Shown: in pieces, positions 1 through 11,859 of the stretch | Layout of the letters: each line of letters starts with the position of its first letter | Position numbering within the stretch: the stretch's first letter is position 1 | NCBI GenBank assembly: GCA_013265495.1 | Contig: MU058844.1 | Coordinates: forward strand, 3,973,895 to 4,037,894 | Length of the DNA stretch: 64,000 nucleotides | Reading direction: 5' to 3' | Source of the DNA: Vicugna vicugna | Taxonomy: Eukaryota | Notes under the pieces: generated by a model | What the model saw: the letters and a program-made list of their open reading frames with translations, nothing else | Database searches by the model: none | Told to the model about the DNA's origin: nothing | Position numbers and translations under genes: made by a program

Positions 1-116
1 TGAGTTGGCTAATGAATTTTACTTTAAAAAATGAACACTTTATATGAAGATACGAACATGTGCATTTCTTTTTTTTCCTGAAGGCTGTAATGTGGTTATG
101 TCTTCAAACCACCTAA

Positions 117-477
117 TCATCAAATTCCTTAGCCTAGAACAGTTTCCTGGTCAGGCACTCTGACAGTATCCTCTGCATCCCCTTTAGAGCTGTTATTGCA
201 GGGGAAGTTAGGAGATTATTGGTATAATCATGGTTGATGGACCGCATCCCTTGGTAGTCTGTAAGCTCCATGAATAGAGGGATCACATTTGTTTTGTCAT
301 CGAATTCCTTAGCCTAGAACAGTTTCCTGGTCAGGCACTCTGACAGCATCCTCTGCATCCCCTTTAGAGCTGTTATTGCAGGGGAAGTTAGGAGATTATT
401 GGTATAATCATGGTTGATGGACCGCATCCCTTGGTAGTCTGTAAGCTCCATGAATAGAGGGATCACATTTGTTTTGT
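117..477. repeat. 180-bp tandem duplication, two copies (117-296 and 297-476/477)
   Basis: Direct comparison shows the copies are identical except 122a/302g and 167t/347c. TCATC occurs at 117, 297 and 478. Confidence 0.97.
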
Positions 478-574
478 TCATCATCATCATATTTCTGCTG
501 TCCAGCAGAGAGTCCAATATGTGACAAGTAGATGAACTTTAACCAAAATTAATATGTCATAACTGTAATGCTGA

Positions 575-1170
575 TACTAGAACCAGCAATATTTAAACCA
601 GATATTAAAGAAATTTGCAAGATTGGAGAATTTAAATCATTTATGTTTAAATTATTGATAGGATAAGAGTTACTATTGCCATTTTGTTCACTGTTTTCTG
701 TTTTGTAGACCCTTTGTTCTTTGCTGCCTCTCTTGCTGTCTTCCTTTGTGAGTTGATGTCTTTCTGTGGTGGTGTGACCTGACTCCTTTATCATCAATTT
801 TTGTATATCCGCTAGAGGGTTTCCTTTGTGGTCACCATGAGGCTTACATAGACTATCTTACAACATCCTATTTTAAGCTGTTAACAATTTACCTTCAGTA
901 GCATCCAGAAACTTTTACTTCTCCTCACCCTGCAACCCTTACATTTTAGGTTACTGATGCTACAATTTATATCTTTTTATCTTATATATCCAATAACAAG
1001 TTATGATAGTTATTGTTACTTTTACACATTCTTTTTTTCTAAGTTTCAGAGTTGTGATTTACAGGCCACTATTATAATATTAGAGAATCTCACTTTATAT
1101 ATTTACCTTTGTTGATGAGTTTTATCTAGTCATGTTTTTATGATATGAATTATCATCCTTTTATTTCAGC
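575..1170 (-). mobile_element. Old LINE-1 (L1M) fragment, ORF1-end to ORF2-start region
   Basis: T-rich strand with L1M-like motifs (cttactattgccattttgtt; tttgtggtcaccatgaggcttacata; tttaagctgttaacaatttaccttc). Recognised by eye, ends approximate. Confidence 0.7.
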
Positions 1171-1690
1171 TTACTGTCAGGGTCTCTAGTTGGGTGTGGC
1201 TACTCCCCTGGCTCTGAGGTCACAGAGGAAGTGCCATAGCTGGGCTCCCCAGTCTGGCAGGTTTGCTGTCCAGTGGCCCTGGTTGGGCGGGGCGGTGGGT
1301 TATGCTCCTTGATTGGAAGGGGTCACTGGCTGGGCTCCCTCCCTGGGCAAGGCTGCAGGCTGTGTCTATCAAACCAGCTGGCCAATTGCTGAGCTCTGCT
1401 GTTGGAAGGGGGGGGCTATAAAATGGGCTCCAAGTCTGGGACTGGTTGGTCCTGTAGGCTAGGCTCTGAGGTTGCTCATGGAGATTGTTCTGGCTCTCTG
1501 GTTACATGAGGCCAGAGGCTGTGCTCAACAGTTGGGCAGGATTGCTGGCTTGGCTTCCAGCCCAGGCAGGCCTTAGGATGTGCACAACAGCTGCTGGATC
1601 TCTGTGGCCACACTTCCTGGAGGGGCAGAACTGGAGGCTCTGCTAAGCACTGGAGTGGAAGTGCAAATTTGCTCCCCAACCTGGGTGGAC
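1171..1690 (-). mobile_element. Probable old L1 5'-UTR-derived fragment (GC-richer block)
   Basis: Sharp shift to GC-rich sequence with repeated ggctgggctcc/ggctgtgctc motifs, lying between two L1 pieces. Family and strand uncertain. Confidence 0.35.
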
Positions 1691-1946
1691 ATTGTTGGAG
1701 GGATGTAAAGTGGTACAGCTGCCATGGAAAACAGTATGGAGATTCCTCAAAAAATTAAAAATAGTACTACAATATGATCCAGCAATCCCACTTCTGAATA
1801 TATATCCTAATAATCGAAATCACTATCTTGAAGAGATATCTGCACCCTCATGTTCAATGCAGCATTATTTACCATAATCAAGACATAGAAACAGTCTAAG
1901 TGCCTGAAAATAGGTGAATGGATAAAGAAAATGTGGTATGTATGTG

Positions 1947-1981
<35 letters not shown>

Positions 1982-2482
1982 GAATGTTAATCAGCCATGA
2001 GAAAGAAGGAACTACTGCAATTTGCAACAACATGATGAGTCTTGAAGGCATTATGCCGAGTGAAATAAGTCAGAGAAAGCATAGTACTCTATGCTCTTAT
2101 ACGAAAATTCTTAAAAAAAAAAAAAACTCCTAGAAACAGAAAGTGGATTGGTAATTGCTGGAAGGCAGGGACAGCGATGGAGAATGGGTGACAACAGTCA
2201 AAGGCTAAAAATGTCCAGTTATACAATAAATAAGGTCTTGGCGTCTAATGCACAACATGGTGATTATAGATAACAATACTGTACCATATACTTAAAAGTT
2301 GCTCAAAGTTCTCATCATAAATAGAAAAAAGAAAGAAAAGATAACTATGTGAGGTGATGGATGTGGTAAATACCCTTATTGTGGCAACAACTTCCCAATA
2401 TACCAGTATATCAAGTCATCACACTGTACACCATAAACTTAAGCATTACATGTCAATTATATTTAAGTAAAGCTGGGAGGAA
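1690..2482 (+). mobile_element. LINE-1 3' end (ORF2 C-terminus plus 3' UTR, L1MA-like)
   Basis: ORF 1692-1877 gives L1 ORF2 C-terminal motifs ([25 protein letters not shown]). The 3' UTR ends tgtcaattatatttaagtaaagctggg. Confidence 0.92.
1950..1979. repeat. (AC)15 microsatellite inside the L1
   Basis: Perfect AC run. Confidence 0.97.
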
Positions 2483-3817
2483 AACAGTTTTGCCAGAATG
2501 TAAAACATTGCACTCTCCTCACTGATTTTCTATTTTTGTTTTGGAAAACATGTTTATTCTACATAGTAATAGATTACGTATGCTAACCAGGTAATATCCA
2601 AATAAATACAAATAAAGAAATTAAAAATAAAGCTTGTAGCAAAGTGTCTAAATATAGGAAGTGGTCAATTAATTACTTATTAGTATCATCATTAATAAAA
2701 TTATGACTGTATGCCCACTGCATTCAGGACACAAATGTGAAAACCTGTTATCCAAATAATGTTCAAAGCTACGTGTTTTCCCATCTTACCTTTCACCCCT
2801 CTCTCCTATGCTATGCCCCATGCACAGAAAATTGTCTGAAACTCCTCTAGAACACCAAGTCCATTTGCCCTCCTTACGTTGGCATATGACATTTGCTCTG
2901 CCTGGGAGGCTTTCCTTTTCCTAGTCTCCTTAGCACACTCAGTTCCTGCTCCAAGGCTTCCACGTCAGAGATCATCTTTGTCTTGTGGCACTTTGTCTGT
3001 AGTACTTTTAGCACATTTTACTTCATATTTTTGTCTTAGTAACTTTCAGATCTTCCAAGTCTCTAGAGCAAAGGCAGCATATAACAGGTACTAGAGAAAT
3101 GCTTATTGTGAGAATGTGTCAATGCAACTGAGCAGGTGATTTGCTTTTAACATAATATGGATTTTTCATGTAGTGCTTTAAAGTTGTTTCAGTTCTCTTT
3201 TTCACGATGGTAGGGCTTTATTTACTAAGAATGATTATGGCTATTGTTAAATATACAGGTCCTATTAGCTGCTGAACTTTACCAGGTATGGATGGGCCAC
3301 TGTCTGTGTTTTTTGCTGCTAGGACTGGTTTTCTCAGTCATACACACACACAAATTAATTGGAGAAGCTTTTACAACAGTCTGTCCAGGGACAAGAGGCC
3401 ACTCTCTAGATCCCTTGGCAGAAAGCCCTTGTTGACTCTTGGCCCAAATTCTTAGTGACGGTCACAGCCTTTAGGATTTAGGCTATCTGTCCAGACAAGA
3501 TGGGGCTTGCTTTTGTATAGTATGGTAGAAAAGGGGGGGGATGGAAAGAATTAAATTATTCATGTGGTATATTTCTTTCTTAGTGGCTGTGAATTCCTTA
3601 ATTTCAATTCAGATTTACTGAGTCCTTTTTAGGCCTGAATGTTGGAGATATTGAAAGTCACAAAGTTGCTAAGTATTATAACAGGAGCCTTAGAATATGG
3701 TATATTTGCTTCTTATGATGGATGTTTTATTTCTCTGCTTGGTAACACCTAGTAGTAATTGATATTGGAGAGTGGGGGGTACGGGTACTGATTAAGCAAT
3801 GATCATAGTCCACATTA

Positions 3818-3928
3818 TCATTACCAACTGTCCCAGTTTATCAAGAACTGAAGGATTTCCTGTGATGTGGGACTGTCAGTGTTAAAAACTGGGAACGTAC
3901 TGGGAAAATTGGAAAGGGTTGATCTCTA
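3818..3928. mobile_element. MER81-like hAT-Blackjack MITE
   Basis: accaactgtcccagttt...gggactgtcagtgttaaaaactggga...ggaaagggttgatct resembles the recalled MER81 consensus. Confidence 0.65.
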
Positions 3929-4109
3929 GCTGATTTAAGTCAAGCTTAGAGAGCTTCAGCAACCAGGAGTGCACTATTTTATTCATCTTAATACCACTTG
4001 AGTTTTATCATTGAAATAGAGTAAATGAGAAGCTATTGTTTTGAGCTGGGTTTTGATGAACAATGCCTACATTTATTTATACTGTGCTTCTTGAGAAATG
4101 GTAAAATAT

Positions 4110-4500
4110 AATGCTTAGTGGCCTTGATTATGAAACCAAGTGGCTGGGTCCATATCCCAAGTCTACCATTTATCTGAGTACCCTTGGGAAATTTATTTAA
4201 CCTCTCTGTGCCTCTGTTTACTCATGTGTAAAGTTTCCAATTCTAGAACCTATATTATTCGCCTGTTATTGGGGGTGAAGTTGGATAACATATCCTTAAA
4301 ATAGTGTGTATTATTGCTATTACTGTTATCACTGTAACTACTGTCACTACTATTAACTAGCTACTAATTAGACATTTAATTCTTCGGGTTTCCTTATCTG
4401 TAAAATGGAGATAATCTCTACATAGTTAATGTGAGGATTAAAAGGGAAGAGATAATATATGGAAAGCACTTAGCACAGTGGCAAAAAATAAGCTCCCAAG
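4110..4500 (+). mobile_element. Two adjacent MIR SINE fragments
   Basis: MIR cores ttaacctctctgtgcctctgtttactcatgtgtaaa (about 4197) and gtttccttatctgtaaaatggagataat (about 4388). Confidence 0.8.
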
Positions 4501-4615
4501 ATTTTATTCAGGGTCATTATTCCTATTATTAAAAGTGCTATTATTTGTATTATTACTAGTTTGCCTTCTTCTAGTTCCAAAGGCATAAAACAGCACTCAT
4601 AATTACAAGGAAATG

Positions 4616-4703
4616 TCCATGAATGACTGAAAAATTGTGCTGAACACCGGAATTTGACACAACATTGTAAAATGATTATAAATCAATAAAAAATGTTAAA
4701 AAA
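4616..4703 (+). mobile_element. Extremely 5'-truncated young L1 (88 bp) with a perfect 17-bp target-site duplication
   Basis: L1 3' terminus gaatgactgaaaaattgtgctgaacacc...acaacattgtaaaatgattataaatcaataaaaaatgttaaaaaa, flanked by ataattacaaggaaatg at 4599-4615 and 4704-4720. Confidence 0.92.
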
Positions 4704-6671
4704 ATAATTACAAGGAAATGCTTTGGATTCTTGGGAAGGTTCTCATTTTTTAATTTAATGTTTCTTGTGATTTTTCTTCACTTTTTGGCTCTGACACTTA
4801 ATAAACTATCTCATGATGACATCTTTCTCAGATGGTGACACAACTGGGCTTTCTCTGGGATGACTTACCACAGAGTCATCAACTGCTGTTTATTTCTGTA
4901 TATGGTTGTCAGGGTCCTGGAGACACTTCAGCCAAGTGACTCTTTGGGGCAGATGACTGCCTTGGTTTTGCTGCCCTTCCCAAAATTCTTAGTTCTTACA
5001 ATTCAAGGACTGCTTAGACTTACTTTTTCTCATAAACCTCAAGACATTTTAGAGTAGAACTTCACATTTAAAAAAAAAAATCTTTGCTAGGAGAGGAAAT
5101 AAATAACGGGAAAACTTTTTTTTTAAATCAAATATTTCTGACTATTAACCAATCCAAGTGTCATGTTTGAGTTGAAGAAAGAAGACAGGGAGGGGAAAGG
5201 AGATGGAAATTATAAACCAATTGGTAGAGCTTAGCTATACTTAAGGCTCTAAGGAACGCATTATTAAGCATACATTCCAGGCCTGTAATGTGACTATAGA
5301 TTCTTTACGTCTCAGTATGGGATGACAGGTCATAGGTTTTATAGCACAGAAGGAAAAAATAAAACCACAAAAGATTGGTTTAAGTATTTAAGTTCTAACA
5401 CCAGGACTTAAAGACAAATCAATCTTAAAACAACATTTGATATCATCAGTCCTATGAACAAAGTAAGTATATCCAGCCTTTAAAGTCTCTGAAAAGCTGT
5501 GGTATCGAGTAAGCAATGTCTGTCCTCACATGAACCCACTGTACAGTAGAAGGATTTAAAAGTAGTTCTATTTGTAAGAAAATGTGTGAACTCGCCAAAG
5601 AGAGATATTAGATACTTTCAGGTGGCCTAAGCCCTGACTCTTACAAATATGATTGGATGCTCAGTTCATTGATATCCTATGGTTAGATTTGGAGGACTCT
5701 TGTACAAAACCAAAGGAATGCAGCCAATATGTGTAACAGGATCTGCTTTATCCCATTTTGGTAATTCAGCCTATACAGAGCAACAAAAAAGGACCCTGAA
5801 AGGCTTTAGGCTTCCAGTTAAAGACAGGGTGGTAAGCTCAGCTGCTGTATAGCTTGTGATGTGACAGAGAAGAGTCCCTGAGAGCACAGGCAGTATGCCA
5901 AATGAAAATCGAGACACATAAGTGAGGATGCTGGGCAAACAGTCGTGGGCGGCACACTTTTACACAGGGGCAGTGTCTGCCCTTCTTATTGCCCTGGAAG
6001 ACAGAGAAGATCCTCAAGTTCTGAGAAGGTAAGTAGACCCCTTATCTGAGTGGGAAGTGAATATGTTTTAGGAGTTCATTGAGGTGTTCTTACGCAAGTA
6101 ATTTTAAGAATAAAAGATGATGAGTGGAATTCATTGTGAGTTCAGAAAGTCGCTGGCTTCCAGGGTATATTCAGGAAGTCACAGTGGTGAAATGAGTACA
6201 CACACTCACCAGGCAAATAGAAAACATGTGTTTCTCTTTCTGGGGAGTTGTGGGTATTTTCTAGGAGAAAAGCTACTTTTAGCCTTTCTATCCTACACAG
6301 GATCCATGTGTTGCCTCAGTGCCTCATCTGTCACATCACTTTCCAGCACTCATGTGCTTACTTTTCTTTTTGATTCTCTGAAGCCTTACCATGTTGATGC
6401 ATTACAGAACTCATGCTGTTTTACAATAACTCAACTGGACCTACATAACAAATCATTTCTCAAGGACTCTCTCTTGCTATGATTCACTAGGTTTGGCTGC
6501 TTGTAGTATCTTTCTAACATCCTCAGACTAACATTTTTTTAATAGTATGATTGGCCATGTTAAATGCCACAGTGCCACACTACGACACCAATGGAATAAA
6601 GCAGATGTGAAAATCTGGCCAACAGGAACATCACCATTGATAGTATTTATTGATCATTTCATGTGTTTTGT

Positions 6672-7089
6672 TGTTACTGACCAGGATTTTTGGCCTCCTT
6701 AATCAATAGAAATTGATAAAAGGCCAGACGATGAACTCAGGCAAGGCTTTATTAGGACTTGTGCTGCAGCAGGAGGGATGAAAACCCAGTAACAGAGTCC
6801 CTTGCTCCCTCCCCGAGAAGGGACGAGCTGGGCCCTTAAATGGGGTGAGGGTAGGGGCGGGTCCAGGGGCTGGGCTGGAGGGTTGGCTTAGGTGGCCTGC
6901 CCACCCGCTTGGTGGTGCTGTGTGGCAGTAGGGTTTTTGGTCTCTTTGTATCTTATTGCTCATAACTCGCCCCAACTGCACATACACACAGTTATTTTCA
7001 GTCCCTTATAGTTTCTCTGCATTCTGTTGTTTCATTCCAGTGCAAGCACTGCAGCCCAGGGTCCCAAGTACCAGGTCCCATCTGTCTCA
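6672..7089 (-). mobile_element. ERV1-class solo LTR (418 bp)
   Basis: TG...CA termini. 4-bp flanks ttgt/ttgg. On the minus strand, GC boxes, TATA-like TTTAAG (about 6840-6835) and AATAAA (6753-6748) occur in U3-R-U5 order. Confidence 0.85.
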
Positions 7090-7269
7090 TTGGGAATGCA
7101 CTCAACTATCCACTGTTCAATTAATTGACGAATGTTTATTATGTTCTTACTACCATCTCAAGCTCCGCTGGTTGCTAATTGCATATCTCTCTTTAAATTA
7201 CTAAGCAATTTATTATCTGTAATATTCATTTGAAAAAAATTCCTTTTTCTAAGTAGTATTTTTAAATTT

Positions 7270-7490
7270 TCCTTCTATGAGCCAGGAATTATGCTAAATA
7301 TTTTATGTACATCATTTCAAATCTTCCCCCAAATCTCTGCAGAGTAGGAATCATTACCCTTTTATTTTTAATAGCTGAGACATAGAGACTCTTAGGCATT
7401 GAGTGACACCCTAAAGTCAGAAAGCTACTAGTAGGGAAGGGGTTTTCCAAACCTAGACTCTGATGCCACAGCTCAGCTCTTCATTAAACT
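7270..7490 (-). mobile_element. MIR SINE
   Basis: tatgagccaggaattatgctaaatattttatgtacatcatttca...gtaggaatcattacccttttatttt resembles reverse MIR. Confidence 0.7.
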
Positions 7491-7584
7491 ACTGCAGGGA
7501 TTGTCTGCCAAACTTTATTGCAAAGTCTTCACAGTCAGGGAAACATATCCTGAAAATTCACTGACTTGTATGGTTTTTCCCATC

Positions 7585-7980
7585 ATTTATTCATTCAATA
7601 TATTTTTACTTGGCTCATGGACACTGCAAATATTCACTGAGCACCTACTCTGAAGTAGGCACCGGGATACAGCAGTGGTGGATGTGTGGCTTACAGTCTG
7701 GCCCAGAAGGCAGACACTGAGTAGATATCTTGGGTGTGATCATTGCTACAAAGAGGTACAAGGTCCTCTTGTATATCACAGGGCTGTAAATTCTGATCTG
7801 AAGGGTCAGCCAAGGCTTTTCTGGAGAAGTGACACTGAAACTAAAACCTAAAGGATGAAAAGGAGTTGTGATAAAAGAGAAGTAAAAAATTCCAGAAAGA
7901 AGGAATAACATCCTCTGTGGTTCTGCATTAGGAAAGGACATGATGTGTGAGGAGAAAACAGACAATTTCATGGAACTACT
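7585..7980 (-). mobile_element. L2 LINE 3' fragment
   Basis: ttcattcaatatattt...gagcacctactctg and gtcagccaaggcttttctggagaagtgacactgaaactaaaacctaaaggatga are typical reverse-L2 motifs. Confidence 0.75.
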
Positions 7981-8377
7981 AGTTGACCAGTTCTGTGTGT
8001 CTTTTGCTGAATTACCAATCATTGTTTCATTTTTTTTTCCTTCTCGCTTGGACTACTCTCATCAGCTTTTCACCTTGTTGCTAGAATGATCTTTCTAAAA
8101 TGCAAAACTCAGTATGCCACAGATTCCACAGTGATTCCCCACTGCCTACTTAGTAAAGGTCAAATTCCCAGTATGGTGATGGGAGCCTTCAGTTTCTGTC
8201 CCTTTGCCTTCTCCCCTCTCCAACTATAAGTGCCAGTGATACTATTTAAGGCTCTTCAAAAAACTCATCCCACTTGTGTCTCTGCCAAATGCTATTACCC
8301 TAACCTAGAATACCTTCATCTGCTTAGAAAACTCCTACTCATCCTTCAATGGATCTTATCTGCCACATTCTCTAAAC

Positions 8378-8612
8378 CAGAGGTCAGCAAACTATAGTTC
8401 AGGAGCCATAATCCAACCCCTCTGCTTGTCAATGTATGACCTATGAGCTAAAAATGGTTTTAACATTTTTTGTAAATGGAAATAAAATGAACAGAAAGAT
8501 GATATTTTATGATATATGAAAATTATATCAAGTTCAAATATAAATGGCCATAAATGCACTTTTATTGGAACACAGCCATGCTCATTTATTTACATAGTAT
8601 CTATGGTTGCTT
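8378..8612. mobile_element. MER58(B)-like hAT-Charlie element
   Basis: cagaggtcagcaaactat...gagctaaaaatggtttt...ttttattggaacacagccatgctcatttatttaca. Confidence 0.8.
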
Positions 8613-9944
8613 AATATTTATTGAGTGAACAAATGAATGAATGTGAGTGGGGTCATGGTCAGGGAAGGTGAGAATGAACATGGACTGTATTGGGCACTAA
8701 ACTGATATCTAATATTCACATCACAAATTTGTGCTACTTTTCATTAAGACTTTAAGCTGAATTTTAAAAATGCAATAAATCCAGAAATCATTTTCATTTA
8801 AATGCCAGAAAACGTAAGAGATGTTTGACTAAACAGGAGAGGCTATAATGCATAGTAAGGTCTTACAAGCTCCAGTAACTAATTCTGAACTTTTATTAGC
8901 TTGAGGACCATTTCCTGACTTTTATAGGAACCATTCTGGGTAGTATATTCACACCTGCTGATGCCTTTGTGTGCTCTTGGGCCAACTTTTCTTTTCATCA
9001 TTCCTTGCCACTGACTTAATTTGCTTTCTGCACATGAGGCTGCATTTAACTAGCCTGAAAAGCAAGAATAGATATTATTACAATGAAAGAAACTGAAAAC
9101 CATCCCTTCCTTAAAAGAAACACATACACAGACACATAGACATACACACATGAGTCCACAGAGTATGCAAGGGAGGTATTTTTTTCTCAACTGATATTAC
9201 AATGGAGAGCCGAGCTTTCACCTAGCACATATCTATTACTGAGGTTTAGAACAGGTTGGTCATTTTCATTGAAATGTTGGAATAAGATCTCAAAAAATAT
9301 ATTTCCATGAAGGATTTCTGAAGCCCCCTGGGGATTCATTTATTCTGAGCAAAAAGAGCCTGGGGAAAAAGTTTAGGGCAGTAGCAGAACTTTGGTGGTC
9401 ATAGAGGAAAGGTAATTCTGGAAACAGCAGTCTTTGCTCTTTGTAAATGCCTGCCAGACTGGCCCGTGGACTCATGGCCAGTCCCTCTATGTGAATGCTG
9501 AATCTGAAAGGCCAGTTTCCTAGGATCTTAGTATGACATTGAGCCATAAGCAGCATTGCTTTAGGTCTTCTTCAGAATGGTGCAGGGAAAAGAAAAAAGA
9601 AAAAGAAAAAGGTGTGAGCAGGGGAAGAAGAGTCTTCTTTCTCACTTGACAGCCTTAAGTTTAAAACAGATCTGTGCTTCAGTGTCAGTGACAGAGGCAC
9701 AGGCTGTGGCCCTGACCACATACAGAGGTACCTGCAGAGCAAGGAAGCTGTGCCCAACACACGGGTCAGCAAAGAATCAGCACATGGGCCCACGGGAGCA
9801 CATGAAAGGGGACTCTAAACTGGGAAGGTCAAAAGTTTCTGAGGGGATGGTCTAGCTAACTGAGACCTATACCAGGGAGTTGGAGGTGGAGGAACATCTA
9901 TGACAAAGGCTTGGCTGCCATGAAGATCATGGCCTATCTGGAGA

Positions 9945-10135
9945 ACTGCAACTTATTTAATTCTGACCACAACCCTGTGAAGTGGGTACAATTATCATCT
10001 CCATTCACAAATGAGAAACTTAGGCATCCAGAGGTTAAATAACTTCCCTGAAGTTACATGGCTAGAAAGCAGTAGATCTGTAATCTAAACTCAGGCAGTC
10101 TGACTCCCAGGTCTGTCATCCTAACTGCCACAGTA
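9945..10135 (-). mobile_element. MIR SINE
   Basis: cacaaccctgtgaagtgggtacaattatcatctccattcacaaatgagaaacttaggcatccagaggttaaataactt. Confidence 0.85.
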
Positions 10136-10221
10136 TAATATTACCAGTTAATATCCAACTTTAATTAAGCATGTATTATGTCATACATCATAAGTACCTT
10201 ATATATATTATCTGATCTAAA

Positions 10222-10710
10222 TGCTTTCCAGTTATCTCTTGCTTCATACCACAACTTAGTGACCTGCATCAATAACTGTCATTTATTTTGCTCATATATC
10301 TCCAATTCGGGCTGGGCTCTGTTTCACCCAGCATCAGCTCAGTTGAGGTCCGAAGAATCTGCTTTCAGGATGGCTCACTGACATGCGGACAAGTTAGAGT
10401 TAGCCAGGGCTGAGGACCAGGAGCTTAGCGCCCCTTCACTGGGTGTCTCTGTGTGTCCTGTGTGTCCTCAGAGCTCATGGCTCCATTTCAAGGTTAATAA
10501 TCCCAAGAGCCAGGTGGATGCTGTATTACTTTTTATGACATGCCTCAAAAGTCACATAGCACCACTTCAACCATATCCTCTTGTCTAAAGCAGTCATATA
10601 GGTCTGCCCAGGTTTAAGGGGAGGGATGTAGACTCCATCTCTTGATGGCAGGTTCTGGGACTACATGTGAGATCAGGATATTGTTGTAGCCATTTGGGGA
10701 ATATACATTA
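10222..10710 (-). mobile_element. MaLR solo LTR (MLT1H-like) interrupting a MIR
   Basis: Reverse strand begins cccaaatggctacaacaatatc...ccatcaagagatggagtcta..cctccccttaaacctgggcag and ends gcaagagataactggaaa. MIR sequence lies on both sides. Confidence 0.75.
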
Positions 10711-10860
10711 ATATATATTATCTGATTTAATTCTCATAATAGATCTATGATGTGGGATATATTGTCTTGATATTGAAGATGAGAACTCAGGCTCAGAGAG
10801 TTTAAGTAGCTGGACCACATCCACGTAGCTGGTACATGGTGGGAAAAAGCATATTTCTGA
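10711..10860 (-). mobile_element. MIR SINE (continuation of the piece at about 10165-10220)
   Basis: tttaattctcataat...agatgagaactcaggctcagagagtttaagtagct. Confidence 0.75.
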
Positions 10861-11049
10861 TTCAGAACTCCATGTAGTAGACTGTCTTCAGCTTCCAATA
10901 TTGCCTCCTTACTTAAGCTTTCCCAAGCCACTACTTTCTCAATAAAATGAATTACTTCTCCTCTGAAATATTTTATGACCTTTTACATGGAACTGTTATT
11001 TCCTGGATCACGTTGATGTGTATGAAAAGGTAGGGTTTTAGAATACGAT

Positions 11050-11285
11050 ATTAAAGCACATGAACTTTGGAGCCAGACTTCTTGGATTCAAATTTCAGTC
11101 CTGCTGCTTCTTGCTAGTTGTTTAATCATAGATGGTCACTTGGCATCTCTTAGTTTTCTCATCTTCAAAATGACGATAATAATACCAATTTCCTATTCAA
11201 GTTGTAAAGAATAAACGAGACAGCTGTACACTGCTTAGAACAGTGCCTGGCACATAGTAATTGTCATTTAAGAGTTAGCTGTTAT
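11050..11285 (+). mobile_element. MIR SINE, near full length
   Basis: aactttggagccagacttcttggattcaaat...gcttagaacagtgcctggcacatagtaa. Confidence 0.85.
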
Positions 11286-11859
11286 TCTGGATTTAATTAT
11301 AGGAATGTCTGTTTCTCCTTTGAGATGGTTAGCTTTGAGGGGCAAGGCTCCATCTTACCCTTCTTTTTGCTCTAGTGTTTAGTTCAGGACCTCAATATGT
11401 GCTAATTGCTCTAGATACAAGGAGTTTTGTCATCTGATTTGTTTTATTCAATGAGTCCTTAAATTTCAAGTAATCAGATTTTTCCCCCAAAATTCTTCTT
11501 TAGAAGAAAGGCATATTTAAATATATACTAAATGTTATTAGAAATTCAGTCACAAAAACAGATGTACGTCATGTATTTAAAACTATTCTTAAATTCTACA
11601 CCTCTTACATTTACTACTTTAGTTACAACTTTTTAAATAGCTAGAAGAGACTTCAGAAATCATTGCTGGTGTCTCCCTTATTTTGTAGACAAAGAAACTG
11701 AGTATAAGAGAGGTTGACTATTTTTCTATTGGTAAATTAGTGATAGAGCTCAGCCTAGACCCAGGATACAGACTAGATCCTTGTTTGCTCTACCTCTTCC
11801 ATTTCATTTACTCAAAGAGAAATAAACAGTAATGCAATGATTGAGAACCTCAATAACCC

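Noticed and set aside
117..477. Direct repeats as a possible CRISPR-like array
   Set aside because: Only two contiguous 180-bp copies, no spacers, mammalian context.
1692..2133. ORFs with protein-like sequence ([13 protein letters not shown]...)
   Set aside because: Decayed L1 ORF2 C-terminus broken by stops and a microsatellite; not a host gene.
575..2482. Opposed L1 pieces as a twin-priming 5' inversion
   Set aside because: The minus-strand piece appears to come from the ORF1/ORF2-start region, kilobases away from the plus-strand 3' end, and I found no shared target-site duplication. Independent fragments are more likely.
6020..6036. Perfect plus-strand donor AAG|GTAAGT
   Set aside because: No convincing upstream acceptor or open frame; isolated consensus donors are common.
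6117..6482. 121-aa plus-strand ORF
   Set aside because: No recognisable domain and no supporting splice structure; this length is expected by chance.
7645..8022. 125-aa minus-strand ORF
   Set aside because: Lies within an L2 fragment.
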